Source: Ranitomeya imitator (lineage: Eukaryota). Taken from it: a stretch of 64,000 nucleotides of DNA. The translations under genes were made by a program, and so were the position numbers. The notes under the pieces are model-generated. The model was not told the origin of the DNA, searched no databases, and worked only from the letters and a program-made list of their open reading frames with translations. Positions 39,321-51,009 of the stretch are shown here, piece by piece; position 1 is the stretch's first letter; each line of letters begins with the position of its first letter. The stretch spans positions 183,024,001 through 183,088,000 of the forward strand of contig NC_091288.1 of NCBI RefSeq assembly GCF_032444005.1. Direction: 5' to 3'.

Positions 39321-40331
39321 ATGGACCCCGCTGGGGCCTCTGCTGCGCAGAAAGAGCTACTCTTTTTGTGAGAGAATCAGTCCCGCATGATGTCTTTTAT
39401 GAAAGCTATGGATTCCCGTTTGTCCACGCTCCAGTCCTCCGACCCTGGCAACGCCGCTCTACTTGTTGGCTTACAGCAAGAGTTAGCTCAGCAGCGTGAC
39501 ACCCAGGCCCATATACTTAGTTATATGTCTTCTATTGACGATCGGCTGCTCTCCATCCAGACAGCCGCTTCTACGTCTGCTCCTGCGTCCCATCCTCCAC
39601 CCCGCTTGGCTAAACCGCCTCGGTACAATGGGGATCCTAAATCCTGCCGAGGATTTCTAAATCAATGCCGTCTTCACTTTGAGCTTCTGCCTCAGCATTA
39701 CCCGACGGATCGGTCCAAAATTGCGTTTTTGATTTCCCATCTGGAGGGTGACGCCTTGGCATGGGTTAATCCACTCTGGGAGCGAGACGATCCTCTAGTC
39801 TCCCGGTTGTCTGAATTTTTGGAGACTTTCCGTCTTGTCTTTGACGAACCTGGACGTCTGGCCTCTACTACGGAAGCTCTATTTTCTCTCCATCAGGGGT
39901 CGTTATCCGTAGGCCAGTACGCTATTCAGTTCCGCACACTCTCCTCTGACTTAGGTTGGAACAATGAGGCGTTGGTGGGTGCTTTTTGGCGGGGTCTCTC
40001 TGGGCGCATAAAAGATGAGTTAGCCGGTCGGGACACCCCTACTGTTTTGGAGGAATTAATTTCCTTAGCTACCCGTATTGACCTTCGATTCCAAGAACGC
40101 GCCCGTGAGCGGAGGTCTCTTCGTCCTTCTTCTGCCACCCGTAAGCCACTCAGTCCTCAGCCTAGAACCTCCTCTCAGGCATCCGCACCGGAACCTATGC
40201 AAGTGGACCGTCTTAAGATGTCTGAACAACGTCGTAAAGAGAGGCGCACTCAGGGGTTATGCTTTTACTGCGGGAGTGCTGCTCATTTATTACGCTCTTG
40301 CCCTGAGCGTCCGGAAAACTCCTCCGCCTAG
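39321..40331 (+). CDS. Gypsy A gag (PEG10/RTL-like capsid plus CCHC knuckle); in-frame TGA at codon 17, open from ATG 39387
   Basis: PPRYNGDPKSCRGFLNQCRLHF capsid motif; CFYCGSAAHLLRSC zinc knuckle; ATG at 39321 is in frame but is followed by TGA at 39369-39371. Confidence 0.85.
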
Positions 40332-43300
40332 GTCAGGTAAGAGAGGCCTCCCTAGGTGTGTGTGATCCCTCTCAACCCCTTACTTTGTCCGTTCTTTTGC
40401 ATATTGCGGGCAAAGGCATTTCTCTGGATGCGTATGTGGATTCGGGCGCAGCAGGGAATTTTATTAGGTTGGAGGAGGTTTTGAAATTCTCCGTTCCAGT
40501 CAAAACCTTAGAGGCTCCTGTGATTCTTGCATCTGTGGATGGTAAACCGTTACAGGAGACCATTACTCAAGTAACACTTGAGGTGGAACTTCAGGTTGGG
40601 GCTCTACACAAGGAGAGAATCGCATTTTATGTTTTAGCGGGTCTGTCTCATCCTATACTCTTAGGTCTTCCTTGGTTATGGAACCACGAGCCCATTTTAG
40701 ATTGGGGCAATGGTAATATCTTGCGCTGGGGTGAGTTTTGTCGGGAACGTTGTCTGCTGCCGGTGCGTCCTGTGGGATCTTCTTCTAATTCTTCTCCTTC
40801 CTCTTCTTTTCCTGCCTTACCCTGTGTCTACAGCGCTTATTCTGATGTCTTCAACAAGAAGGAGGCTGAGGGTCTTCCGCCTCACCGGCTCTATGATTGT
40901 CCCATAGATCTCGTGCCTGGAACTAACCCGCCCAGGGGCAGGATCTATCCTCTCTCTCCTGCCGAGACTCAAGCTATGTCTGAGTACATTCAAGAAAATC
41001 TTGCTAAAGGATTCATTCGCAAGTCTTCTTCTCCGGCCGGAGCAGGGTTCTTTTTCGTGAAGAAGAAAGACGGTTCTCTCCGTCCCTGCATTGATTATCG
41101 AGGCCTAAACAACATCACGGTGAAGAACAAATATCCTCTGCCACTCATTCCGGAACTCTTCGACCGTCTTCGGGGTGCGCAAATTTTTACCAAATTAGAT
41201 CTACGTGGCGCATATAATCTGGTTCGTATTCGTGCAGGCGATGAGTGGAAGACTGCCTTCAATACTCGTGACGGTCACTACGAGTACTTGGTTATGCCGT
41301 TTGGTCTCTGCAACGCCCCCGCGGTTTTCCAGGAATTTGTGAATGACGTATTTCGGGATCTTCTCTACTCCTCGGTCGTAGTTTACCTTGACGACATTCT
41401 CATCTTTTCTCCGGATCTCTCCACTCACAGGCGAGATGTCCGTCGTGTTCTGCAAAGGCTAAGAGAGAATCATCTGTTCGCTAAGATTGAGAAGTGCGTC
41501 TTTGAACAATCTTCTCTTCCCTTCCTGGGATATATTGTCTCAAGGTCTGGCTTAGAGATGGATCCAGAGAAGGTTTCTGCTGTCCTGAATTGGCCTCGTC
41601 CTCTTGGAACAAAAGCAATCCAACGATTTCTTGGCTTTGCCAACTACTATAGACAATTTATTCCTCATTTTTCTTCCTTGACCAAGCCTATCTCTGCTCT
41701 AGTCCGCAAGGGAGTCAATTCCAGTCTTTGGACCCCTGAGGCTGAAGAGTCCTTTCTGTCTCTTAAACAAAGCTTCGCTACGGCCCCTGTGCTTCATCGT
41801 CCTGATGCCAATAGACAGTTTGTCCTTGAGGTCGACGCATCCTCTATTGGAGCTGGTGCAGTACTTTTGCAAAGATCCTCGTCCGGACGTTTGGTGACCT
41901 GTGGTTTTTTTTCTAAAACCTTTTCCGCTCCTGAGCGTAACTACTCTATTGGAGATAAAGAACTTTTGGCTATCAAGCTAGCCTTGGAGGAATGGCGTTA
42001 TCTCCTTGAGGGGGCTCTTCATCCATTCACCATTTACACAGACCACAAGAATCTGGCCTATATCCAGTCTGCCCAAAGACTAAATCCACGACAGGCCAGA
42101 TGGTCTTTATTCTTCGGACGATTTGAATTCGAACTTCATTTCCGACCCGGAAATAAGAATGTCAAAGCTGATGCTCTTTCAAGATCCTTTCAGCCTCTGG
42201 ACCTAGAGGATTCTCCGGCTCACATCATTGATCCAGCGAAGATCGTCACTCTTGCTCCTCTAAGAGTGATTTCAACTCCTCCTGGCAAGACTCTTGTGGC
42301 TAACCAAGACAAGGAGAGAGTTTTGCGTTGGGGTCACTCCTCCAAAATTGCAGGTCACGTAGGAGTCAAGAAGACACTTTCTCTTATCTCTCGGCATTAT
42401 TGGTGGCCATCTCTCCGACAAGACGTTACCAAATTCATCGCTTCTTGTCCTTCTTGTGCAAAAAATAAAGTCCCTAGGCAGCTTCCTTCCAGTCTCCTGC
42501 ATCCTCTGCCTGTGCCTTCCGTCCCTTGGAGTCATATAGCTATGGACTTCATCACTGATCTACCTTGTTCCTCGAATTGCTCTGTCATCTTGGTTGTTGT
42601 AGATCGGTTCTCCAAGATGGCTCACTTCATCGCATTGCCTGGTCTGCCTTCCGCTCCTGAGTTGGCAAAGATCTGTCTACACCAAGTCTTCCGTCTTCAT
42701 GGTTTTCCTCATCATATCGTCTCAGACCGTGGAGTACAATTTACCTCACGTTTTTGGAGAGCTCTCTGCAGTCTATTAAAGGTTAACTTGGACTTTTCTT
42801 CCGCCTATCACCCTCAGTCCAACGGACAAGTGGAGCGAGTTAATCAAGTCCTAACTACATATCTGCGACATTTCTCCAATGCACACCAAGATGACTGGGT
42901 CTCTCTTCTCCCCTGGGCCGAATTCTCATATAACAATCTCCCCAGCGAGTCTTCCTCCAAAACTCCCTTTTTTGTAGTCTATGGTCAACATCCGAACATT
43001 CCTCTTCCTGTTTCTCTTTCCTCGGGGGTACCGGCAGCGGATTTCTTGTCCCGGGAATTCTCTACGATTTGGAGTGAGACCAAAGTGGCGCTTGAGAGAG
43101 CTAGTCTTAATATGAAAAAGTTTGCTGACAAAAGGCGTTTGGATGCTCCGCCATATTCTCCGGGTGATAAAGTTTGGCTTTCCTCTCGCTATATCAAGCT
43201 TAAAATTCCCTCTTGCAAACTGGGTCCCCGCTATATTGGTCCTTTTCCTATCTTGAGTCGCATTAATGATGTTTCTTATAAGTTGAAGTTGCCTGCCTCT

Positions 43301-43831
43301 TTACGCATTCCCAATGCCTTCCATGTGTCTCTTCTCAAGCCTGCAGTCTTTAATCGTTTTCACTCCGCTACCTCTCCCTCTCCTGAGCTCTGTACTTCTG
43401 ATGGAATCTTTAATGTTAAAGACATTCTTGCCAAAAAGGTAGTTAGGGGTAAGACCTATTTTTTGATTGATTGGGAGGGATTTGGTCCTGAGGAGAGGTC
43501 CTGGGAGCCCCGAGAGAACATCAATGCTCCTCTTATCATGAAAAGATTCCTTTCTAGTCTTAATAAGAGGGGGACTAAGGAGGGGGGTACTGTTACGTAC
43601 GCTGCGCACGCTGCGCATACTTACCCGGCTTCTCCCATCCCTCGGCGCACTCGCGATCCTGTCCAGCGCCGCTCTGCTTCCTTCTTCTCCTGCTCACAGC
43701 GTCCGGTCCCTCTGCGCATGCGCGGTCGCGTCTCCTCCATCGCAGAGCCTTCTGGGAGGTCGCAACCCGGTGGCTCCGCCCCAACATGGCGGCGCCCATC
43801 GGGTATTTCTTCCCGGCGTCTCCCTAGGTAA
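40313..43831 (+). CDS. Gypsy A pol (protease-RT-RNase H-integrase-chromodomain), open, in the -1 frame relative to gag
   Basis: DSGA protease, YLDD RT, RNase H (VDAS...YTDH), HHCC zinc finger, DDE integrase and chromodomain (YFLIDWEGFGPEERSWEP). The -1 frame is open back to the slippery GGAAAAC at 40313-40319. Confidence 0.92.
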   Translation, partial: GKLLRLGQVREASLGVCDPSQPLTLSVLLHIAGKGISLDAYVDSGAAGNFIRLEEVLKFSVPVKTLEAPVILASVDGKPLQETITQVTLEVELQVGALHKERIAFYVLAGLSHPILLGLPWLWNHEPILDWGNGNILRWGEFCRERCLLPVRPVGSSSNSSPSSSFPALPCVYSAYSDVFNKKEAEGLPPHRLYDCPIDLVPGTNPPRGRIYPLSPAETQAMSEYIQENLAKGFIRKSSSPAGAGFFFVKKKDGSLRPCIDYRGLNNITVKNKYPLPLIPELFDRLRGAQIFTKLDLRGAYNLVRIRAGDEWKTAFNTRDGHYEYLVMPFGLCNAPAVFQEFVNDVFRDLLYSSVVVYLDDILIFSPDLSTHRRDVRRVLQRLRENHLFAKIEKCVFEQSSLPFLGYIVSRSGLEMDPEKVSAVLNWPRPLGTKAIQRFLGFANYYRQFIPHFSSLTKPISALVRKGVNSSLWTPEAEESFLSLKQSFATAPVLHRPDANRQFVLEVDASSIGAGAVLLQRSSSGRLVTCGFFSKTFSAPERNYSIGDKELLAIKLALEEWRYLLEGALHPFTIYTDHKNLAYIQSAQRLNPRQARWSLFFGRFEFELHFRPGNKNVKADALSRSFQPLDLEDSPAHIIDPAKIVTLAPLRVISTPPGKTLVANQDKERVLRWGHSSKIAGHVGVKKTLSLISRHYWWPSLRQDVTKFIASCPSCAKNKVPRQLPSSLLHPLPVPSVPWSHIAMDFITDLPCSSNCSVILVVVDRFSKMAHFIALPGLPSAPELAKICLHQVFRLHGFPHHIVSDRGVQFTSRFWRALCSLLKVNLDFSSAYHPQSNGQVERVNQVLTTYLRHFSNAHQDDWVSLLPWAEFSYNNLPSESSSKTPFFVVYGQHPNIPLPVSLSSGVPAADFLSREFSTIWSETKVALERASLNMKKFADKRRLDAPPYSPGDKVWLSSRYIKLKIPSCKLGPRYIGPFPILSRINDVSYKLKLPASLRIPNAFHVSLLKPAVFNRFHSATSPSPELCTSDGIFNVKDILAKKVVRGKTYFLIDWEGFGPEERSWEPRENINAPLIMKRFLSSLNKRGTKEGGTVTYAAHAAHTYPASPIPRRTRDPVQRRSASFFSCSQRPVPLRMRGRVSSIAEPSGRSQPGGSAPTWRRPSGISSRRLPR

Positions 43832-46800
43832 GACGCCTTTGCTTTGTAGGTGCACTGTCTGCCGTCAGTGTCCCTATGCCCTAGGCTCCCCTGCTCCAGT
43901 GTCTTCTCTCAGCCCAGTCTTTACTTTGTCTTAGTGTCCTGCCAGCACGTGTTCCTGCTGTGTCTTGCCTGTCCGTGTTCCTGCTGTGTCCTGCCTGTCC
44001 GTGTTCCTGCTGTATCCTGCCAGTCCGTGTTCCTGCTGTATCCTGCCTGTCCGTGTTCCTGCTGTATCCTGCCAGTCCGTGTTCCTGCTGTGTTCTGCCA
44101 GTCCGTGTTCCTGCTGAGTCCTTCCGGTCCGTGTTCCTGCTGAGTCCTGCCAGTCCGTGTTCCTGCTGTGTTCTGCCGTTCCGTGTTCCAGTCATTTTCA
44201 GTTAAGTCTTGTTTTCCTATTATTCCCTGCCATCCCTGTAGCCCTGTGGTTTCCTTCTTTATCTTGGGTCGCCCCTTTGGCTCTAGCTGTTGTGTCTCCA
44301 TTCCCCCGAGGTCCTGCTCCTAACACTCCCTGTATAGGGGGTGATTCCATCTGGTCCGCTCGACCCCGGGGGCTCTAGAGTCACGACCCAGAGGGTCCAC
44401 TCTCGGATTTCTTCCCGAGTACTTACACCGACGTTGGTAAAAGGAGGTTCTGTACTAAGTCTGTCTGGTGGGAGATTGGCCATCTTCGGCTTTTGAGTCC
44501 CGCCACGGAGTTTGCGACAAATCACGCAGTTGTAAATGAGTTTACTCACGCACCGCTTTGCTCCAACTATCCATAGTCCAGCAGTTCGTAGATTTTCTTC
44601 GGTAAACAGTCGGCCCTGATGTTTCACCAAGACGTGGTGGTGTTGCACAATTATTATAGGGTGTTTCTACCCAAATTCCACTTCAGCTTCTTGAAGACGA
44701 CCTCCAATTCTTAACAGCCCATCTTGGTCGATGATTGGATCAAGCTTCTTCAAGACACTGTCTCTAGAGACAGGTTGGTTTTTATTGAGGTTATCTATTT
44801 CTTTTGCGTAACATTCACGTTGTATGGTACGAATTATAACGTTCTTGGCATTTTCCATGTTTGGAACGGTAAAGGCAAGCTTGCAGTGGTGCCAACCTTT
44901 GCAAGGTTCCTGGATGGCGGGTGACGTTGACTTGTAGGATCGAGCCGCATGAATTAAACAAGCGAGGGCACAAACAAGCGAGTTCCAAGTTGAGAACCTA
45001 TTGAAACGGTGGGATTTGAGGTGATTGTCTTTAGTCACCGTACGTAGGACGGATACCTGAGGGCGGATTTCTTCATCTGCCTCCGGATCTACCAGCTCAA
45101 AGATGTTTGACTCGTCCGTGTATGGCGTCGAACGGTATAAGAATGTTGGGCCAGTAAACCAGGTTGTGTCCTTAAGGTGTCTTGCTTCAATGGATCTGGT
45201 TGCGTGGTCCGCAGGGTTGTGGTTTGTGGACACATAATGTCACTGTTTAGGGTCGGTGGATCTCCTGATCCTTAGCACCCGATTGCTGACGTAGACATAG
45301 AAACGACGAGTTTCATTGCAAATGTACCCCAACACTACCTTGCTGTCAGTGTAGAACTCGATTTCTTTGACCTCCAGGTCCATTTCTGTTGAGATAAGCT
45401 CAGCTAACTCTACTGCTAACACAGCTGCACAGAGTTCCAGTCTGGGTACTGTGTGTTCACGGAGCGGGGACAGTTTTGTCCGGCTCATAACAAGCCTCAC
45501 GTGGCATTGTTCGTTGATGTCAATGGTTTTCAAATACGCCACTGCTGCAATTGCTTTGGTTGAGGCATCGCAGAAGATACAAAGCCTTTGCATCTTGATT
45601 TCTGTTGATGGCACAGAAGCATATGGTCGTGCAACGTAGAGACTTGACAGGGCTTCTAAAGAGTTCTTCCATCTTACCCACAAGTCTCTTTTCTCACTGG
45701 GAAGCGGATCATCCCAATCGGACGTCTCTTGGGTGAAGTCTCTCAACATCATTTTACCTTGGATAGTTACGGGAGTTACAAATCCCAGAGGATCGTACAA
45801 GCTGTTCACAACGGACAGGACGCCTCTACGCGTGAAAGGTTTCTCTTCTTCGCTGATCTGGAAGGTGAATGCATCCTTTTTCAAATCCCAAAGTAAACCC
45901 AGGCTCCGCTGCATAGGAAGGGAGTCCGTGCTTAAATCCAAGTCTTTTAAATCGGTTGAGTAATCTTGAGAGGGAAAGGCTGCCATTAGTTTTTGGCTGT
46001 TGGAAGCAATTTTGTGCAACCTCAAATTGGATGAAGCGAGCATTTCTTGCGCCCTTTTCAGGAGACTGACTGCCGACTCATCTGTGGGTGTGGATTTCAA
46101 GCAGTCATCTACGTAGAAATCCTTTTCCACAAAAGATCTTACATCCGATCCGTACTTTGCTTCACCCTCTCTGGCTGAATGTCTAAGCCCATAGATAGCG
46201 ACAGCAGGGGAAGGGCTGTTCCCGAAGATGTGTACCTTCATACGATATTCCACGATGTCCTTGTAGGGGTCATTATCGCGGTACCAGAAAAACCTCAAGT
46301 AGTTTCTGTGTTCTTCTTTAACAAGGAAGCAGTGAAACATCTGTTGTATGTCGGCCATAAATGCTACTGCATCTTTGCGGAAACAAAGAAGTACTCCCAG
46401 AAGTCTGTTGTTGAGGTCTGGACAAGATAGAAAGACGTCGTTTAAAGAAACACCTTTGTATCTGGCACTTGAGTCAAATACCACTCTTATCTGACCTGGT
46501 TTCTTCGGATGATACACGCCGAAAATAGGTAAGTACCAACATTCCTCGGAATCTTGAAGTGCAGGTGCAATTTCCGCGTGGCCACTCTGGAATATTCTCT
46601 CCATGAAGGTAAAGAAGGGTTCTCTTGTTTCTGGAGCCTTCTGCAGTTTGCGTCTAAGGGAGACAAATCGACTGTAGACAAGTTCTCTGTTGTTGGGTAA
46701 GCGTTGCCTCTGTGGTTTGAATGGTAAGGGTGCGACCCAACTCTTTGATTCATCTCTTACTATCTCCCGCTCCATGATGTCCAAGAACAGTCTGTCCTCT

Positions 46801-49800
46801 ATGGACATTGCTACCTGGTTGTCTTCTCTTGTCCTGTGGAAAACTGTGCACCCTATATGATCTTCCTCACCATCGCATGTATGGTCTTCACAGGAAGGAT
46901 CAGCTAACGGACAAGGTGGAAGGGCGTTGTGTGGCAATTCTTTAATCAGGAAACTGCTCTCGCATGGCTGGAAGAGAGACGGGCGTCCATTCTCGAGGGT
47001 ATTGGTGAGCATGGTGTTGACTGATGTCTGCCTGTGTGTTCCACCCAAACAGACGTCTCCCACAATGACCCATCCTAGGTCAAGTCTCTGAGCATATGGG
47101 GCGTTTTGTGGGCCGTTGATCTGTCCTCTAGCCTTGTGGACCTGTAAAATGTCTCTTCCGAGGAGTAAGACGATAGGAGCTCCTTGGTCAAGCTCCGGTA
47201 TCAGGTGAGCTATACATTTCAAGTGGGTATGATGAGCTGCTACCTCTGGTGTAGGTATCTCCGACCTGTTGTCGGGAATTTGATTGCACTCCAGTATCGA
47301 TGGCAAGGATAAGCAGGTTTGACCGTCTATAGACTACTTTGAATCCGGTCGCCTTTCTCCCCGCCGTCTCGACAGTACCTGCACATGTCTTCAAGGAGTA
47401 CGGAGAGCCGGGACCAGCAATGTTGAAGGTGTTGAAGAAAAAGGACTTAGCTAGAGACCTGTTGCTCTGATCGTCCAATATTGCATATACCTTGATTGCC
47501 TTATCCCGTTGGCTCACTGGGAATACTCTGACAAGACAGATCTTCGAGCAGGATCTCCCTGCTACAAATTCCTTGCAGATCTCTGTACACTGAGAAGTGA
47601 CCACTGGGGTGTCAATGTCAGTATCCGTCTGTTTTTCGGCAGACTCTTCAACTCGTGACGATACCCCTGAGGGTGGTCCAGGGTGTAAAGCCGTGTTGTG
47701 CTCCACACTACTGCATTCTGCGCATTTCACACTGGTTTCACAGTTCTTTGCGAAGTGTGAGGTAGTCGCGCAGCATCTGAAGCATATCTTGTTTTCCCTT
47801 AGGAAGTTCTTACGGTCTTCTAGAGGCTTCTCCCTGAAGGCTCTACATTTTAGTAGAGGATGAGGTTTCTTGTGTAGGGGGCAGTGTTTGCTGAGATCCT
47901 GAGGTTTGTCCTCCTCTGGAGAGGACTTACTTGCCCTGTAAGGAAAACCTGTGGAGGTAACATTAGTTTTGTGTACTGCCACTGGTGTTTTACTGGGTTT
48001 TACACCGGAGGCAGTGGTACATGACATAGTGAAATCGAAACTGGGGTCATTTCTAACTTTAGCCTGCTGAGCAACAAAGTCTACAAACACCCTGAAAGGA
48101 GGAAATGGCACCTTATGAGCCTGTTTGTAACGGGACCCGTGACTGACCCACTTTTCTTGTAAATTGTAAGGGAGCTTTTGGACAATCGGGTTGACACCTC
48201 TGGCAGTGTCCAGGAATGCCAACCCTGGTAGGTCACCTTCTGCCTGAGCAGCATGTACCTCCATTAACAAGTCGCTCAGTTCTCTGAGCTTTTGATAACC
48301 CTTATTTGCTATCTTGGGGAAATCATCAATTTTTTTATACATTCTTTTGTACAAAGCATTTTCTATAGCTTCTATTGACCCATAACATTCTTCGAGTCTC
48401 TCCCACACCATGCGAAGTCCTGTGTGTGGGTACTTTATGTTAATGTTCCTGATTCTTTTGGCGTGTTCAGCTGACTCGTTCCCAAGCCACTTAACCAGCA
48501 GATCTAACTCTTCACTACTGGAAAGATGCAAGTCTCTGATGGCATTCTGGAAGGAGGCTCGCCAAGCTCTGTAGCTTTCAGCTCGATCGGTGAACTTTAC
48601 AAGTCCCTTGGTCACCAGCTCCCGGCGGGTAAAGAACCTTGCAAAGTTCATAGTGGCTGAGTCAGTGTCAACATGAGCTGATGTGCTGTTGTCATGCAGT
48701 GTGTGTGGTGCATCCTCATACCTGGTAGGAGCTTCTGGCTTAGGAAAGTCTGTATAAAACCGTTCTGAAGCGAAGGGTGTCCCTGTCAGTCTGGGAGGAG
48801 GCCGTACCTTCTGTTCTGTAAGACGGTAGTGGTGGTCGACGTCGTTTCGCAGTATACCTTCCTGCTTCCAGTACGGTGTTTGGGGGAAGGATCTCTGGTG
48901 ATCTGTATAGGCTGGTTGGTGTAACGGATCAGAGTTGTCTTCAATTCCGGGATGTTGGTGGACATATTCTGAGACGCGTTGAGCAGGGTCCTGACGATCA
49001 AGGTCTGGTCCACGTACGTCGCTGTCACGCTCAGATTCGGGAAACTCCACGGCTTCTAAGAACTCAGCTTTGGCTATTGCGGCTGCTGCTTCTTTTTCGG
49101 CGGAAAGCCTTTCTAAGGTCGCTCGCAGGCGTGCTGTATCTGCATCTCTATCGGCTTGCAGGCGGGCTCATTCTGCTTCTTGCTCGGCTTGCAGGCGGGC
49201 TCTTTCTGCTTCTTGGCAGGCTCTTTCTGCTTCTCTATCTGCTTGCAGGCGGGCTCTTTCTGCTTCTTGCTCTGCTTGCAGGCGGGCTCTTTCTGCTTCT
49301 TGGCAGGCTCTTTCTGCTTCTCTATCTGCTTGCAGGCGGGCTCTTTCTGCTTCTTGCTCTGCTTGTCTTAACTTTAACTGCATCTCTTGTGCAGCGAAGG
49401 AGGATCTTACCTTCGCCGCCTCAGCTTCTGCTCGGGCGAGGGTGACAGACCTTTTCGAGGAAGACTTGCTAGAGCGGCTTGTTTGAGACCTCGTCCTGAC
49501 TGAGGATGCTCGACTTGCAGACATCGTGTGTCCGTTTGCAGGCTGTAGGACGTCTCAGAGCGGGTAGGAATGACTTCAGCGTAGACTGAGACGTGTAGCG
49601 CTTGGCGGGCAATATGGCGGCCGCTGCGGTATCTGCAGGCTGTGCGGTGAGGTACAAGCGGCTGTGTAAGTGGTCTTGTTATTGCTGGCGTCTAGCCTGG
49701 TTTTGCTAGCCTCCGCTGGTATTTAGCTTCTGTTTTACTGCTTGCTGGTATCTAGCCTGCGTTTTACTGGCCTCTGCTGGTATCTAGAATCCGTTTTACT

Positions 49801-49830
49801 GGCCAAGCTGGCGTCAAGAATCCGTTTTAC

Positions 49831-50444
49831 TGTTCTGTCTTCATACACGTTGATACGGTGTGTGTGATCCGACATACGGCATAAACCACTTCTGTCTCCC
49901 AAATAAGCAGACTGTTCTCTGTAGTCTAACTTGTTTATTGGTAAACATGAGCGCGGTAAAACTATAAGAATACAAATGATTTGAGTAAGTATTGGGCAAA
50001 TAATAACATGACTGCAACTAACAGGGAAAGCATACAGGATGATGCAACTTCTATAATAACTACATACAGCAGGTAACCAAAAATCACATTTCCTGTGTAC
50101 TAGCTGCTATACAGTTAATCACACTCTGTACAACATTACATAGCAAGAACAGGGATAATGGTCTTACCGGATAATCTTAACCGGAATGGCAAGTAAGTGA
50201 GGTAGTTCAACACAGCAGATTAACACGTGTGTCCAGGGAAATACACAGAGAGAAAATGGAGTTTCCCCTTCCCATGATACCTTGGTGAATCCCAGAATGC
50301 AACACTCTAATAGTTACTGAAAAACACAGGTAATAAATTTAACCACCACTAGGTGGTGCTATAACACAGCAAAACCAAAACTATGGTATTAAACCTTTTT
50401 AAAGCTAGATACGAAACCTGACCTTCGCTAGAATGGGCAGAACA
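49831..50444 (-). repeat. BEL 5' LTR (614 bp)
   Basis: Direct repeat of 36905-37518. Confidence 0.95.
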
Positions 50445-51009
50445 TAGGGCTTGCTTTTTGCGGGATAGTTTGACATTTTCATTTATACCATTGTTTTAAT
50501 ACATTACTTTTTTATTGCTTTTTCTACATTTTTGTGTGTTAGCATGATGAAAAAGTCTTGTTCGCCTTACAGAATAAATAACATTCCAGTATTATAGATC
50601 AGGTCGTTCCAGATGCGGCAATACCAAAATATGAAAGACATGTCCTTCATATTCATTCTACCTATATAATACTAATGCATCTATGTCAATTTCATTATTT
50701 TATTGTTATTTATATTTAATGTCTATGCATAAATAAATGATATTGTATATACTCTGAAGACAGATTTCCTGATTCCAATTTTTCTAATTTTGTATAGAAA
50801 CAGAGCTTATGTAGTGTTTGGGGATAATTTGCATTAATGAGTGACTGAATATTGGCAGTCAGTTTGACTCTATTAGGGTACCGTCACACTCAGCAACTTT
50901 CCAACGATCACGACCAGCGATACGACCTGGCCGTGATCGTTGGAAAGTCCTTGTGTGGTCGCTGGAGAGCTGTCACACAGACAGCTCTCCAGCGACCAAC
51001 GATGCCGAA

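Larger units (their letters stand above)
38471..44427 (+). mobile_element. Ty3/Gypsy chromovirus-type (Tf1/sushi-like) LTR retrotransposon A, 5957 bp, nested antisense in the BEL integrase
   Basis: 837-bp LTRs at 38471-39307 and 43591-44427 (TG...CA); TSD CCGAC (38466-38470, 44428-44432); PPT AAGGAGGGGGGTAC before the 3' LTR. Confidence 0.96.
37533..49524 (-). pseudogene. BEL/Pao gag-pol polyprotein, disrupted
   Basis: Fragments 49524-49168, 49050-47188, 47306-45240, 45233-44667, 44648-44428, 38470-38240, 38234-37533. Stops at 49168-70, 45240-42 and 44667-69; frameshifts near 47340 and 38240; integrase split at FTNVG|LDVF by the nested Gypsy. Confidence 0.9.
36905..50444 (-). mobile_element. 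BEL/Pao LTR retrotransposon (about 7.6 kb native, 13.5 kb with nested Gypsy), coding-disabled
   Basis: 614-bp LTRs at 36905-37518 and 49831-50444 (TG...CA); 5-bp TSD TAGGG (36900-36904, 50445-50449); PPT AAGCGGGGAG next to the 3' LTR; gag with three Cys/His knuckles; Pao RT (FYVDD), Pao peptidase/RNase H region and integrase. Confidence 0.95.
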
